Source of the DNA: Acutalibacteraceae bacterium
GTDB taxonomy: Bacteria > Bacillota > Clostridia > Oscillospirales > Acutalibacteraceae
Reading direction: 5' to 3'
Length of the DNA stretch: 64,000 bases
Assembly: GCA_045641225.1 (NCBI GenBank)
Contig: JAZUGP010000073.1
Coordinates: forward strand, 1,142 to 65,141
The notes under the pieces were generated by a model that worked only from the letters and a program-made list of their open reading frames with translations, did no database searches and had not been told where the DNA came from. This document shows positions 47,437 to 56,675 of this stretch, in pieces (the first letter of the stretch is position 1; each line of letters begins with the position of its first letter). A program made the translations under genes and the position numbers.

Positions 47437-47792
47437 GAGTTTTTACGGCTTTGGCAGGATTTCTTGCCGGTCTTTCGGGAGGTATGGGGCTTGGCGGCGG
47501 CGCATTTTTGATACTTTATTTATCACTTTTTGCTGATAATTCGCCTTTAAAAAATCAGGGAATAAACCTTATATTTTTTGTACCGATAGCGGCGGTGGCA
47601 TCGGCTGTTTATATTTTTAAAAAGGAAATAGATTTTAAAACGGTGCTTTTAATAGCGGCAGGCGGCGTTGCAGGTGCTTTTATAGGATATCTGATTGCGA
47701 AAAGTATAGAACAGGTATATATTTCAAAGCTTTTCGGCGCGGCACTTGCGGCTTTGGGCATTTACTCTTTTTTTCGCAAAAGCTCCCCGTAA
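47433..47792 (+). CDS. TauE/SafE (DUF81) family half-size membrane protein, C-half
   Basis: It has four TM segments and GLGGGAFLILYL. ATGA overlaps the preceding gene. Confidence 0.8.
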   Translation: MRVFTALAGFLAGLSGGMGLGGGAFLILYLSLFADNSPLKNQGINLIFFVPIAAVASAVYIFKKEIDFKTVLLIAAGGVAGAFIGYLIAKSIEQVYISKLFGAALAALGIYSFFRKSSP

Positions 47793-47859
47793 AAGCGATT
47801 GACTTGACATAATTTTTCCCCTATGTTAAAATGTAAAAAAACCGATTAAGGAGAAAAAT

Positions 47860-48426
47860 ATGGCTAATAATTTTTTTACAAAGCCCTCTAAGGGCAAAAT
47901 GGGAGCACTGCTTCTTGTTTTTGCGTGGATTTTGGTATGGAACATTGTCTATCAGGCTTTTCACGTAAAGCTTAACGAGGCGGGATTTGAAATAGTAAGC
48001 TGGGCTTTCTTTATAAGCGCAACGATGTTTTTTATGCAGGAGGAGCTTTCCTATTCGGAAAAGTTTTGGTCTACGCTTGTAGGAGGTGCCGTAGGTCTTA
48101 TTATGGCTGCGGCGCTTGTTAAGGGATATGCGTTTTTACTGGGCTTGGGGCTTGATAATCTGCTTGCGATAAGTATTATGCTGGCACTCACAATCGGCAT
48201 TATAATTCTTGCAAAGCCTTATATGCCGATAGTTTTCAACAATGTGGGCTTTTGCTATTTCATTATCGCACTTATTGATTCAAAAACGGCGGTCGCCAAT
48301 CTTCCGAAGTATCTTTATTCGCTTGCACTCGGCTGTGTGATATTAAACCTCGGCTGTATTGCAATATTAAAGCTTTATACAAGCAGCAAAAAGAAAAAGG
48401 CTTTAGCAGCCGCCATGGCGGAATAA
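47860..48426 (+). CDS. Membrane protein of unknown function
   Basis: It is 188 aa with about 5 TM segments. An AAGGAG RBS is present. Confidence 0.55.
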   Translation: MANNFFTKPSKGKMGALLLVFAWILVWNIVYQAFHVKLNEAGFEIVSWAFFISATMFFMQEELSYSEKFWSTLVGGAVGLIMAAALVKGYAFLLGLGLDNLLAISIMLALTIGIIILAKPYMPIVFNNVGFCYFIIALIDSKTAVANLPKYLYSLALGCVILNLGCIAILKLYTSSKKKKALAAAMAE

Positions 48427-48491
48427 ACAAAACACACATAAAATCTGCCTTTTGCATTAGGTGAAGGGCGGATTTTTTTGTTTAAAAAGTG

Positions 48492-48520
48492 TTGCAAGTT
48501 TCATTTTTTGGTGATATAAT
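48492..48520 (+). promoter_or_regulatory. lexA promoter
   Basis: It reads TTGCAA, a 17-nt spacer, then TGaTATAAT. Confidence 0.65.
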
Positions 48521-48526
48521 CAAAAA

Positions 48527-48540
48527 AGAATAAATGTTCG
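48527..48540. promoter_or_regulatory. LexA (Cheo-type) box
   Basis: AGAATAAATGTTCG compares with the Firmicute consensus CGAACnnnnGTTCG. It has one perfect and one degenerate half-site and lies just downstream of the -10. Confidence 0.55.
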
Positions 48541-48555
48541 GCAAGGAGAACGCTT

Positions 48556-49146
48556 ATGGATAAGAAGCCTTTAACCGAAAAACAAACCGATGTATATAAT
48601 TTTCTTGTTAAAAAATCCGCGCAGGGATATCCGCCCTCGGTAAGGGAAATATGCGATGCCACGGGCATCAAATCCACCTCTACCGTTCACGCGGTACTCA
48701 GCGCCCTTGAGGATGCGGGTTATATCAAGAGGGACAGATATCATTCCCGCGGTCTTACGGTAAGCAACGCAGGGGATTCCTCAATGGTGCCGCTTGTGGG
48801 CAAGGTTACTGCCGGAGCGCCTATTCTCGCGGTAGAGCAGATAGTTGATTATATCCCGTATCCCACCAAAAGTGCCGAGGGTCTTTTTGCTTTAAAGGTA
48901 TCGGGACTAAGTATGAAAAATGCGGGAATACTCGATGGCGATATAGTGGTTGCCGATAAAAACGCACCCTGCCGCAGCGGTGATATTATCATCGGTATGG
49001 ATGGGGACAGCGCCACCGTTAAGCGTCTGCTTATTAAAAAGGACGGCAGTATAGTGTTTATGCCCGAAAACGAAAACTTTGAGCCGATTTACCCCGAAAA
49101 GCCTTCGGTTCTCGGTAAGGTTGTCGGCAGTTACAGAAAGTATTAG
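48556..49146 (+). CDS. lexA: LexA repressor
   Basis: It has a wHTH (PPSVREICDATGIKSTSTVHAVL), an AG cleavage site (VTAGAP) and an S24 peptidase domain (VSGLSMKNAGI...K). Confidence 0.95.
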   Translation: MDKKPLTEKQTDVYNFLVKKSAQGYPPSVREICDATGIKSTSTVHAVLSALEDAGYIKRDRYHSRGLTVSNAGDSSMVPLVGKVTAGAPILAVEQIVDYIPYPTKSAEGLFALKVSGLSMKNAGILDGDIVVADKNAPCRSGDIIIGMDGDSATVKRLLIKKDGSIVFMPENENFEPIYPEKPSVLGKVVGSYRKY

Positions 49147-49155
49147 GAGCAGGGT

Positions 49156-49599
49156 ATGGAAGAAAAAAAGTATGTAGAGCTTTATACAGACGGTGCCTGT
49201 TCCGGCAACCCCGGAAAGGGTGGTTGGGGAGCGATACTCCGCTACGGCACTCACGAAAAAGAGCTTTCGGGCGGCGAGGAAAACACCACCAATAACCGTA
49301 TGGAGCTTACCGCCGTTATTATGGGGCTTTCGGCACTCAAAGAGCCGTGCGTGGTGAAGCTCACCACCGATTCAAAATATGTGAGTGACGGTATTTTGAA
49401 AGGCTGGGCACGTTCATGGCAGAAAAACGGCTGGCGAAAGGCGGATAAAAAGCCGGCGCTTAATCCCGACCTTTGGGAAAAGCTTTTGGAGCTTATTGAT
49501 ACCCACGAGGTCGAGATATGCTGGGTAAAGGGTCATGCAGGGCATAAGGAAAACGAGCGATGCGATGAGCTTGCCGTTTCGTATTATAAAAATCTTTGA
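49156..49599 (+). CDS. rnhA: Ribonuclease HI
   Basis: It reads [21 protein letters not shown]...TNNRMEL...TDSKYV...[18 protein letters not shown]. Confidence 0.93.
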   Translation: MEEKKYVELYTDGACSGNPGKGGWGAILRYGTHEKELSGGEENTTNNRMELTAVIMGLSALKEPCVVKLTTDSKYVSDGILKGWARSWQKNGWRKADKKPALNPDLWEKLLELIDTHEVEICWVKGHAGHKENERCDELAVSYYKNL

Positions 49600-49609
49600 A
49601 GGTATTTTG

Positions 49610-50146
49610 ATGAATAAAAGTATAAGATACACCGTAACAAGCGCCGTTATAGCGGCTCTGTACGCAGGGCTTACGGTAATAAGCAATATGCTGGGGCTTG
49701 CCTATTCCGGTCTGCAGTTCCGCATATCCGAGGCACTTGCCGTATTGCCGGTTTTCACACCCGCCGCAATTCCGGGACTTGCCGTGGGCTGTTTTATTTC
49801 AAATATAGGCTCGTTTAACCCGATTGATATGATTTTCGGCACGCTTGCCACCCTTTGTGCCGCTTTTTTAAGCTATTATTCGAGAAATGTCAGAATAAAG
49901 GACATTCCGATAATATCATTTTTTTCGCCGGTTATATTCAATGCTTTGGTTGTTGGTGCCGAGATTTCGCTTTTTTTATCCGAGGGCGGGATAACACTTG
50001 CAGGCTTTACCGTGAGTGCACTTTCAGTGGGCGCGGGTGAGCTTGCGGTTATGCTTGCTTTGGGACTTCCGCTGTTTTTTGCGGTTAAACATAATAATAT
50101 GCTTACAGAATTGTTTAATTCACTTGAACTTAATAAAGTAAAGTAG
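49610..50146 (+). CDS. queT: Queuosine-precursor transporter QueT (ECF S component)
   Basis: It reads AALYAGLTVISNMLGLAYSGLQFRISEALAVLP, the QueT hallmark. The ATG at 49610 follows rnhA by 10 nt. Confidence 0.83.
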   Translation: MNKSIRYTVTSAVIAALYAGLTVISNMLGLAYSGLQFRISEALAVLPVFTPAAIPGLAVGCFISNIGSFNPIDMIFGTLATLCAAFLSYYSRNVRIKDIPIISFFSPVIFNALVVGAEISLFLSEGGITLAGFTVSALSVGAGELAVMLALGLPLFFAVKHNNMLTELFNSLELNKVK

Positions 50147-50187
50147 TATAATATATCGGTAATTCATTTTTGAACGGAGAATAGATA

Positions 50188-51465
50188 ATGGTTAAAGCAG
50201 TAGTAGGTGCAAACTGGGGCGATGAGGGTAAAGGTAAAATAACCGATATGCTCGCCGGAAATGCCGATATAGTGGTGAGATATCAGGGCGGTGCAAATGC
50301 GGGGCATACCATTAAAAATAAGTACGGTAAGTTTGCTCTGCACACCCTGCCTTCGGGTGTTTTCAATGAGGGTGTTATCAACTGTATAGGCAACGGTGTG
50401 GCGCTTGATGTGGATAAGCTTATCAATGAATATAACGATATAGTTTCAAAGGGTGTTCCCGCGCCCACTCTTGTGATATCCGAGCGCTGTCAGATGGTTA
50501 TGCCTTATCACGTTTTGTTTGATGTGTATGAGGAGGAGCGCTTGGGTAAGGCAAGCTTCGGTTCAACAAAGTCGGGAATAGCGCCTTTTTATTCGGATAA
50601 ATATGCAAAAACAGGCTTTCAGGTATGCGAGCTTTTTGATGAAAAAAGGCTTCGCGAAAAGCTTGAGCGCACACTTGAGGTTAAAAATCTGCTTATAGAA
50701 AACCTTTATCATAAGCCAAAGCTTTCGCTTGATGAGGTTTTTAATAAAATGATGGCTTGGAAAGACAGCATAAAGGACTTTGTGGGTGATGTGCGTAAGC
50801 TTGTTTACGAGGCTGATAAGGCAGGCAAAACCGTTTTGCTTGAGGGTCAGCTCGGTACACTTAAGGATACCGACCACGGTATTTATCCGATGGTTACCTC
50901 ATCAAACACAATAGCGGGCTACGGTGCGGTGGGTGCCGGTGTTCCGCCATATTCAATAAAGGAAATCTACACCGTTATAAAGGCATATTCCTCGGCAGTA
51001 GGCGCCGGTGCTTTTGTGAGCGAGATATTCGGCGATGAGGCGGCGGCAATGCGTGACCACGGGGGTGACGGCGGTGAGTACGGCGCCACTACCGGAAGAC
51101 CGAGAAGAATGGGTTGGTTTGACTGTGTTGCCACACGCTACGGCTGTGAGGTTCAGGGTACCACCCACGCGGTGCTTACCGTTGTTGATGCGCTCGGATA
51201 CCTTGATGAGATTAAGGTTTGCACGGGATATGAGATAGACGGTGAGGTTGTTAAGGATTTCCCCGTTACCTATAAGCTTGAAAAGGCAAAGCCGGTACTT
51301 GTTACTCTCCCCGGTTGGAAGTGCGATATTTCGGGCATAAGGAACTATTACGACCTTCCCGAAAACTGCCGCAATTACATAGAGTTTATCGAAAAGGAAA
51401 TCGGCTTTAAAATCTGTATGGTAAGCAACGGCCCCGCAAGAGAAAATATCATTATAAAGGAATAA
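50188..51465 (+). CDS. purA: Adenylosuccinate synthase
   Basis: It has VVGANWGDEGKGKITD and GTTGRG-like (ATTGRPRRMGW) motifs. Confidence 0.97.
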   Translation: MVKAVVGANWGDEGKGKITDMLAGNADIVVRYQGGANAGHTIKNKYGKFALHTLPSGVFNEGVINCIGNGVALDVDKLINEYNDIVSKGVPAPTLVISERCQMVMPYHVLFDVYEEERLGKASFGSTKSGIAPFYSDKYAKTGFQVCELFDEKRLREKLERTLEVKNLLIENLYHKPKLSLDEVFNKMMAWKDSIKDFVGDVRKLVYEADKAGKTVLLEGQLGTLKDTDHGIYPMVTSSNTIAGYGAVGAGVPPYSIKEIYTVIKAYSSAVGAGAFVSEIFGDEAAAMRDHGGDGGEYGATTGRPRRMGWFDCVATRYGCEVQGTTHAVLTVVDALGYLDEIKVCTGYEIDGEVVKDFPVTYKLEKAKPVLVTLPGWKCDISGIRNYYDLPENCRNYIEFIEKEIGFKICMVSNGPARENIIIKE

Positions 51466-51471
51466 TTTTTT

Positions 51472-52446
51472 ATGAACTTTACTCCTGTTGACAATCAAGG
51501 CAAGGTGGACGGTATACTGCTGGTAAAGGCGGTTGAGGAAAAAACCTCCTCAAAGGGTGACTGCTATCTTGATTTCACTTTGGGCGACTCTGACGGCGAG
51601 ATTAACGGCAAGCTTTGGCGCTACAGCAAAGAGGAGCACGGCGAATATAAGTGCAACGATATCGTAAAGGTTCGCGGTACCGTTTCGCAGTATAACGGCG
51701 CTGATCAGTTAAGAATTGACCGTATCCGTCACACGACCGAGGCGGACGGTGTTAAAATTGAAGATTTCGTGAGAACCGCTCCCTATTCCGCCGCCGATAT
51801 GTATAATGAAATTATGCGTATCGTATCGGAGTTTAAGGACACCGAGCTTAAAACACTTGTAACCGCGATTTATGAGGATAACCGCGAGGCACTTCTGTAT
51901 TGGCCTGCGGCATTTAAACTTCATCACGCCGTAAGAGGCGGACTTTTGATGCACACACTTTCAATAGTGAAGCTTTGCGAGAGTGTTTGCGGCATTTATC
52001 CGTTTGTGGATAGGGAATTGCTTATTTCCGGAGCGGTGCTCCACGATATATCAAAGCTTGAGGAATACGAAGTAAACGAATCAGGTATTGCCGAGGGATA
52101 CTGTGTTCGCGGTAACCTTTTAGGGCATCTTGCAATGGGTGCTTCAAAGGTTGATGCTTATGCCAAAAAACTCGGTATCAGCGATGAAACCGCCACTTTG
52201 CTTGAGCATATGCTTTTATCCCACCACGGAGAGCCGGAGTTCGGCGCGGCGGTAAGACCGATGTTCCTTGAAGCCGAGCTTTTAAGTGAGCTTGACCTTA
52301 TGGATTCTCGTCTTTATGAAATGTGTGATGCCTTAAAGGGTGCCTCCGAAAAGGATTTTTCCGGTAAGGTTTGGGCGCTTGACGGCAGAAAACTTTATAA
52401 TCATTCGCGTAAGGATTTAAACCTTGAACCGGACATAATAAAGTAA
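51472..52446 (+). CDS. yhaM: 3'-5' exoribonuclease YhaM (OB-fold + HD domain)
   Basis: It has an N-terminal OB fold (DCYLDFTLGDSDGEINGKLW) and an HD domain (HHAVRGGLLMHT...LHDISK). Confidence 0.9.
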   Translation: MNFTPVDNQGKVDGILLVKAVEEKTSSKGDCYLDFTLGDSDGEINGKLWRYSKEEHGEYKCNDIVKVRGTVSQYNGADQLRIDRIRHTTEADGVKIEDFVRTAPYSAADMYNEIMRIVSEFKDTELKTLVTAIYEDNREALLYWPAAFKLHHAVRGGLLMHTLSIVKLCESVCGIYPFVDRELLISGAVLHDISKLEEYEVNESGIAEGYCVRGNLLGHLAMGASKVDAYAKKLGISDETATLLEHMLLSHHGEPEFGAAVRPMFLEAELLSELDLMDSRLYEMCDALKGASEKDFSGKVWALDGRKLYNHSRKDLNLEPDIIK

Positions 52447-52468
52447 AAAGCAAAAAGGAGAAAATTAT

Positions 52469-52669
52469 ATGAAAATCACCGAAGATATGCTTATAGGCGA
52501 TGTTCTCGATATTGACAGCGGTGCCGCGCAGTATTTCTTTGAAATAGGTATGCACTGCTTAGGCTGTCCCGCTTCAAGGGGAGAGAGCATTAAGCAGGCG
52601 TGCGCCGTTCACGGTACCGACTGTGATGAACTCATTTCAAAGCTCAATAAGTATTTTGCCGATAAATAA
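52469..52669 (+). CDS. DUF1858 domain protein (hybrid-cluster-protein-associated redox disulfide type)
   Basis: It is 66 aa and reads GMHCLGCPASRGESI. Confidence 0.8.
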   Translation: MKITEDMLIGDVLDIDSGAAQYFFEIGMHCLGCPASRGESIKQACAVHGTDCDELISKLNKYFADK

Positions 52670-53355
52670 TGCCGGCACTTAGTGAAAGATTATCCGTAAT
52701 AGCGGAAAAAGTAAAGCCGGGCAGAAGTGTTTGTGATGTCGGAACAGACCACGGATATCTGCCCGCTTATCTTTATCTTGAGGGCAGGCAAACCCTTGTT
52801 ACCGCAACGGATATACGTGAAAAGCCACTTCTTAATGCAAAAACAAATCTTAAAAAGCTCGGGGCAGAGGGTGTAAACCTTATCCTTTGTGACGGGCTTA
52901 CGGGTGTTTCAAGAAATGCCGCCGATACCGTGATAATTGCCGGAATGGGCGGCGAGGTTATTATGAAAATAATCAAAAGCTGTGCCTTTTTCCCCGATAA
53001 GGATATCGACCTTATACTTCAGCCGATGACCGCATCGCATAAGCTACGCAAGTTTTTATTTGAGAGCGGATATGAAATAAGCGATGAAACTCCGGTAAAG
53101 GAAAAGGGCAAGATATACAGTGTTATGTCGGTTAAATATGACGGCATAAAGCGTACTTTTGATAACTTTTCACTGCTTGTTGGTAAACTTAACGCAAAAA
53201 CACCGCTCGGCAGGGAATACATAGAAAAACAGGTGCGCATTTATAAAAAACGCGTAGGTCTGCTTGAAGGCTCGGGCGAGATTGAAAAACTCGGTGCGGA
53301 CAAAACGGTATTATGTAAACTTATAAAAATGTTGGAGGAGCCTTATGGCGCTTGA
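52669..53355 (+). CDS. trmK: tRNA (adenine22-N1)-methyltransferase
   Basis: It reads VCDVGTDHGYLPAYL and IAGMGGE. The TAATG overlap joins it to the preceding stop. Confidence 0.9.
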   Translation: MPALSERLSVIAEKVKPGRSVCDVGTDHGYLPAYLYLEGRQTLVTATDIREKPLLNAKTNLKKLGAEGVNLILCDGLTGVSRNAADTVIIAGMGGEVIMKIIKSCAFFPDKDIDLILQPMTASHKLRKFLFESGYEISDETPVKEKGKIYSVMSVKYDGIKRTFDNFSLLVGKLNAKTPLGREYIEKQVRIYKKRVGLLEGSGEIEKLGADKTVLCKLIKMLEEPYGA

Positions 53356-55063
53356 TGGCATATTTCTTTACAAGCTCGCAGAAGAATTAAACGCGGCTAA
53401 GGATTGCCACGTTGATAAAATATATCAGCCGTATCGGGATACGGTTGCTTTTTTACTGCGTAAAAAGGGCTTTGCAAAGTGGCTTTATATGTGTGCATCT
53501 CCCTCAGGTGCGCGGGTAAACTTTTGCGACAGTAAGCCCGACTGCCCCGATACCCCGCCGATGTTTTGTATGCTGCTTCGCAAGCATTTTTCTTCGGCAC
53601 GGCTTGTTTCTGCGGAATGCAAGGGCCTTGAAAGGGTAATAAGCTTTGTGTTTGAGTCACATAACGAGCTCGGCGATACCGTAAATCTTAAAATCATCTG
53701 CGAGCTTATAGGTGTATCCGCAAATATTATACTTACCGATAATAGCGGCAGAATTATAGATGCCGTAAAGCGCAGTGATATAGAAACATCGCAAAGGCTT
53801 ATATGCTCGGGCGCTTTTTATGAATATCCGCCGTCACAAAACAAGCTTGATATAAATGCTTTTGACAACACTGAAATAATCGCGCGACTTAATGCTATCG
53901 GCACAAAAAGCTTTTCCGATGCGCTTGTGAGCGTGCTTTCGGGTGTATCGCCGCTGATAGCAAGAGAAACAGAATATCGCTTTATAGGTACCGAAACACC
54001 TGTATGCGAAATAGCGGATACAAATAAAATAACTGCGGCACTTGACTTTTTGCGCAATGAGCTGCTCTATCCCGATAAGGCGGTTATGCTTTACGATAAA
54101 AGCGGCACTCCGTTTGATTTTACCTACACCGATATCACGCAGTACGGCAATTCCTGCCGCACCGAATATTTCGGCTCTTTGAGTGAACTGCTTGATGTTT
54201 TTTATTCGGAACGCGAAAATATTGCGCGTATAAAAAGACTTTCCTCCGACCTCAACAAAACGGTCAAAAACGCCCTGAACCGTGTAAACCGCAGAAAAGA
54301 GCTTCGCCAAAAGGAGCTTTCGCAATCCGAAAACCGCGAGGCGCTTCGCATAAAGGGCGAGCTGATAAAGGCAAATCTGCATCTTATTTTGCAGGGTATG
54401 GAAAGTATCACGGTGCAGAACTTTTACGATGAAAATCTATCGGATATAACGATAAAGCTAGACCCCGCAATGTCGCCCTCAAAGCAGGCGGCAAAATGCT
54501 TTAAGGATTATAAAAAAGCCTGTGTTGCCGAGCAAACGCTTAAGGACCTGATACAGCAGGATGAAAAAGAAACCGAATATTTGGAATCTGTGCTTGAAAG
54601 CCTTGAACGGTGCAAAACCTTTAAGGATATAGCTGAGATACGGGAAGAGCTTTCAGAGCAAAAATATATAAAATCGGCGTCACGCGGCAAAAAGAAGCCT
54701 GAAAAAATGCAGTTTGACGAGCATATAAGCGAAGAAGGTTACAGAATAATCGTGGGTAAAAACAACCTGCAAAATGATTATCTCACAACAAAGCTTGCCG
54801 CAAAAACCGATACATGGTTTCACACAAAAAACATACACGGCTCGCACGTTATAGTGTTTAACGGCGGTGCTCCGCTTTCGGATAACACGGTTCTTTTTGC
54901 CGCAAGGCTTGCAGCAAAAAACTCAAAGGCGAAGCATTCTTCAAATGTGCCGGTGGACTACACTGCGGTAAAATACGTTAAAAAGCCTGCCGGAGCAAAG
55001 CCCGGAATGGTTATCTACACAACAAATAAAACCGTTTTTGTTACTGCGGAGGATAATATATGA
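53345..55063 (+). CDS. rqcH: Ribosome quality control factor RqcH (NFACT/FbpA family)
   Basis: It has NFACT-N (MALDGIFLYKL...), a coiled-coil middle and NFACT-R (WFHTKNIHGSHVIV). Confidence 0.92.
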   Translation: MALDGIFLYKLAEELNAAKDCHVDKIYQPYRDTVAFLLRKKGFAKWLYMCASPSGARVNFCDSKPDCPDTPPMFCMLLRKHFSSARLVSAECKGLERVISFVFESHNELGDTVNLKIICELIGVSANIILTDNSGRIIDAVKRSDIETSQRLICSGAFYEYPPSQNKLDINAFDNTEIIARLNAIGTKSFSDALVSVLSGVSPLIARETEYRFIGTETPVCEIADTNKITAALDFLRNELLYPDKAVMLYDKSGTPFDFTYTDITQYGNSCRTEYFGSLSELLDVFYSERENIARIKRLSSDLNKTVKNALNRVNRRKELRQKELSQSENREALRIKGELIKANLHLILQGMESITVQNFYDENLSDITIKLDPAMSPSKQAAKCFKDYKKACVAEQTLKDLIQQDEKETEYLESVLESLERCKTFKDIAEIREELSEQKYIKSASRGKKKPEKMQFDEHISEEGYRIIVGKNNLQNDYLTTKLAAKTDTWFHTKNIHGSHVIVFNGGAPLSDNTVLFAARLAAKNSKAKHSSNVPVDYTAVKYVKKPAGAKPGMVIYTTNKTVFVTAEDNI

Positions 55064-55836
55064 AAATCGGAGTTTCAACCTCGTGCTATTATCCGCTCGA
55101 AACCGAAAAATCTCTTATTGAGATAGGCAAGGCGGGTATTAAGGATACCGAGATATTTTTCAATGCACTTTGTGAGCTTGAAAAACCGTTTTGCGATGAG
55201 CTTTTCGCAATTAAGGAATACTACGGCATAAATGTGCTCTCGCTTCATCCCACAATGTCACTCGCCGAATCCTTTATGCTTTATTCCGCCTATAAGCGCC
55301 GCTACGATGAGGCGATAGAGTGGTATAAGCGGTACGCCGAAATAGCGGCGTCATTCGGCGCAAAATATATTATTATGCACGGCGGAAAACCCAACAGGGT
55401 CTTAAATGATGAGGAATATATAGAAAGGTTTTCCGAAATATCCCGCGTTGTTGAAAGCCACGGTGCGTATCTGTTACAGGAAAATGTAGTCAAGTTCAGG
55501 GCGGGCAGTCTTGATTTTATCAAAAAGTTTGTAAGTATTTATAAAGGAAACGGCGGACTTTGTCTTGACATTAAGCAGAGCATAAGGGGCGGATATACAC
55601 CCTTTGATGTTATACAAACCGCCGGTGAAAAGATAAAGCATGTGCATATCAGCGACAGTACAGATAAAGCCGACTGTCTGCTTCCGTTTAACGGCGATTT
55701 TGATTTTGCCGGATTTTTCAATTCACTTTCGGCGGCCGGATATAAAGGCGACGCGGTCATAGAGGTTTACAGTGACTCCTATCGGGATTATTCCGAAATA
55801 AAGGAAAGCTATAATAAAATTACCGGCATATTTTGA
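55060..55836 (+). CDS. Sugar phosphate isomerase/epimerase (xylose isomerase-like TIM barrel)
   Basis: It is 258 aa with an AP endonuclease 2-like TIM pattern (HP...MHGG...QEN...HISD). ATGA overlaps rqcH. Confidence 0.83.
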   Translation: MKIGVSTSCYYPLETEKSLIEIGKAGIKDTEIFFNALCELEKPFCDELFAIKEYYGINVLSLHPTMSLAESFMLYSAYKRRYDEAIEWYKRYAEIAASFGAKYIIMHGGKPNRVLNDEEYIERFSEISRVVESHGAYLLQENVVKFRAGSLDFIKKFVSIYKGNGGLCLDIKQSIRGGYTPFDVIQTAGEKIKHVHISDSTDKADCLLPFNGDFDFAGFFNSLSAAGYKGDAVIEVYSDSYRDYSEIKESYNKITGIF

Positions 55837-55928
55837 TTGTAAATAATTTGCACTTGAAAAAATAAGAATTTAATGATAAAATATCTGTGATTGTAGTATA
55901 AATAACCTTAAGAGAAAGGTGTAACAAG

Positions 55929-56675
55929 ATGAAAGAGATTTCAATAGTTGACCTGCTGCAACTTTTGTGGCGCCGTTTGTGGGCTGTTTTGCTTGCGGCA
56001 CTGCTCTGCGGAACAGCGGCTTTTACCTATTGCAAAACCGTTGCGGAGGAAAAATATTCCGCAACAGCGGCGGTTATGGTTACAAACGGAGGTTTGCTTA
56101 ATATAACCCCTTCAACAACCACTCAGAGTCAGTCGGTAAAAACCTCGGACCTTTCCGCTTCGCTTGCCATTGCCGATACCGTTGTTGATATTTTGAAAAC
56201 CCCCGAGATTTATAAGCAGCTTTCAAAAAGGATAAACGGTGAATACAGCTATTCTGCACTTATGGGTATGGCGCATATTGCGAGAAAAAGCGAGGATTCG
56301 CTGTTTGTAAACGTTACCTTTACCACCCCCACCAGCGAAGAATCAAAAAGGCTTGCAAACACTTTTGTTAACCTTGCTCCCGATTATGTAGAGCAATACA
56401 TTCCTTATTCCTATTCAAAATGCACCGAAACGGCTGATATGTCGGTACAAACCGCTCCGCGTACATTTCGTACCGCTGTGCTTTTTGCACTTGCCGGCGC
56501 CGCGGTTGTTTACCTTATTTTCTTTATAGCCGAGCAGATGAACCGAACCATAGAAAGCAGTGAGGATTTCACAACAAAGTTCGATATTCCGCTTTTGGGT
56601 GTTGTTCCTGTTTTCGAGGGCGTTTCCGTAAAGAAAAACAAGTCGAAGGAGGATAACAAGGATGGCATCAAGTAA
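55929..56675 (+). CDS. Wzz/CpsC-type polysaccharide co-polymerase (BY-kinase transmembrane modulator)
   Basis: It has an N-terminal TM segment after VDLLQLLWRRLW, an extracellular loop and a second TM segment near the C-terminus. Confidence 0.85.
   Translation: MKEISIVDLLQLLWRRLWAVLLAALLCGTAAFTYCKTVAEEKYSATAAVMVTNGGLLNITPSTTTQSQSVKTSDLSASLAIADTVVDILKTPEIYKQLSKRINGEYSYSALMGMAHIARKSEDSLFVNVTFTTPTSEESKRLANTFVNLAPDYVEQYIPYSYSKCTETADMSVQTAPRTFRTAVLFALAGAAVVYLIFFIAEQMNRTIESSEDFTTKFDIPLLGVVPVFEGVSVKKNKSKEDNKDGIK

Noticed and set aside
53834-54382. A 182-aa antisense ORF inside rqcH, plus similar antisense ORFs inside uvrC, addA, murA and purA
   Set aside because: All lie opposite strongly supported genes and lack translation signals.
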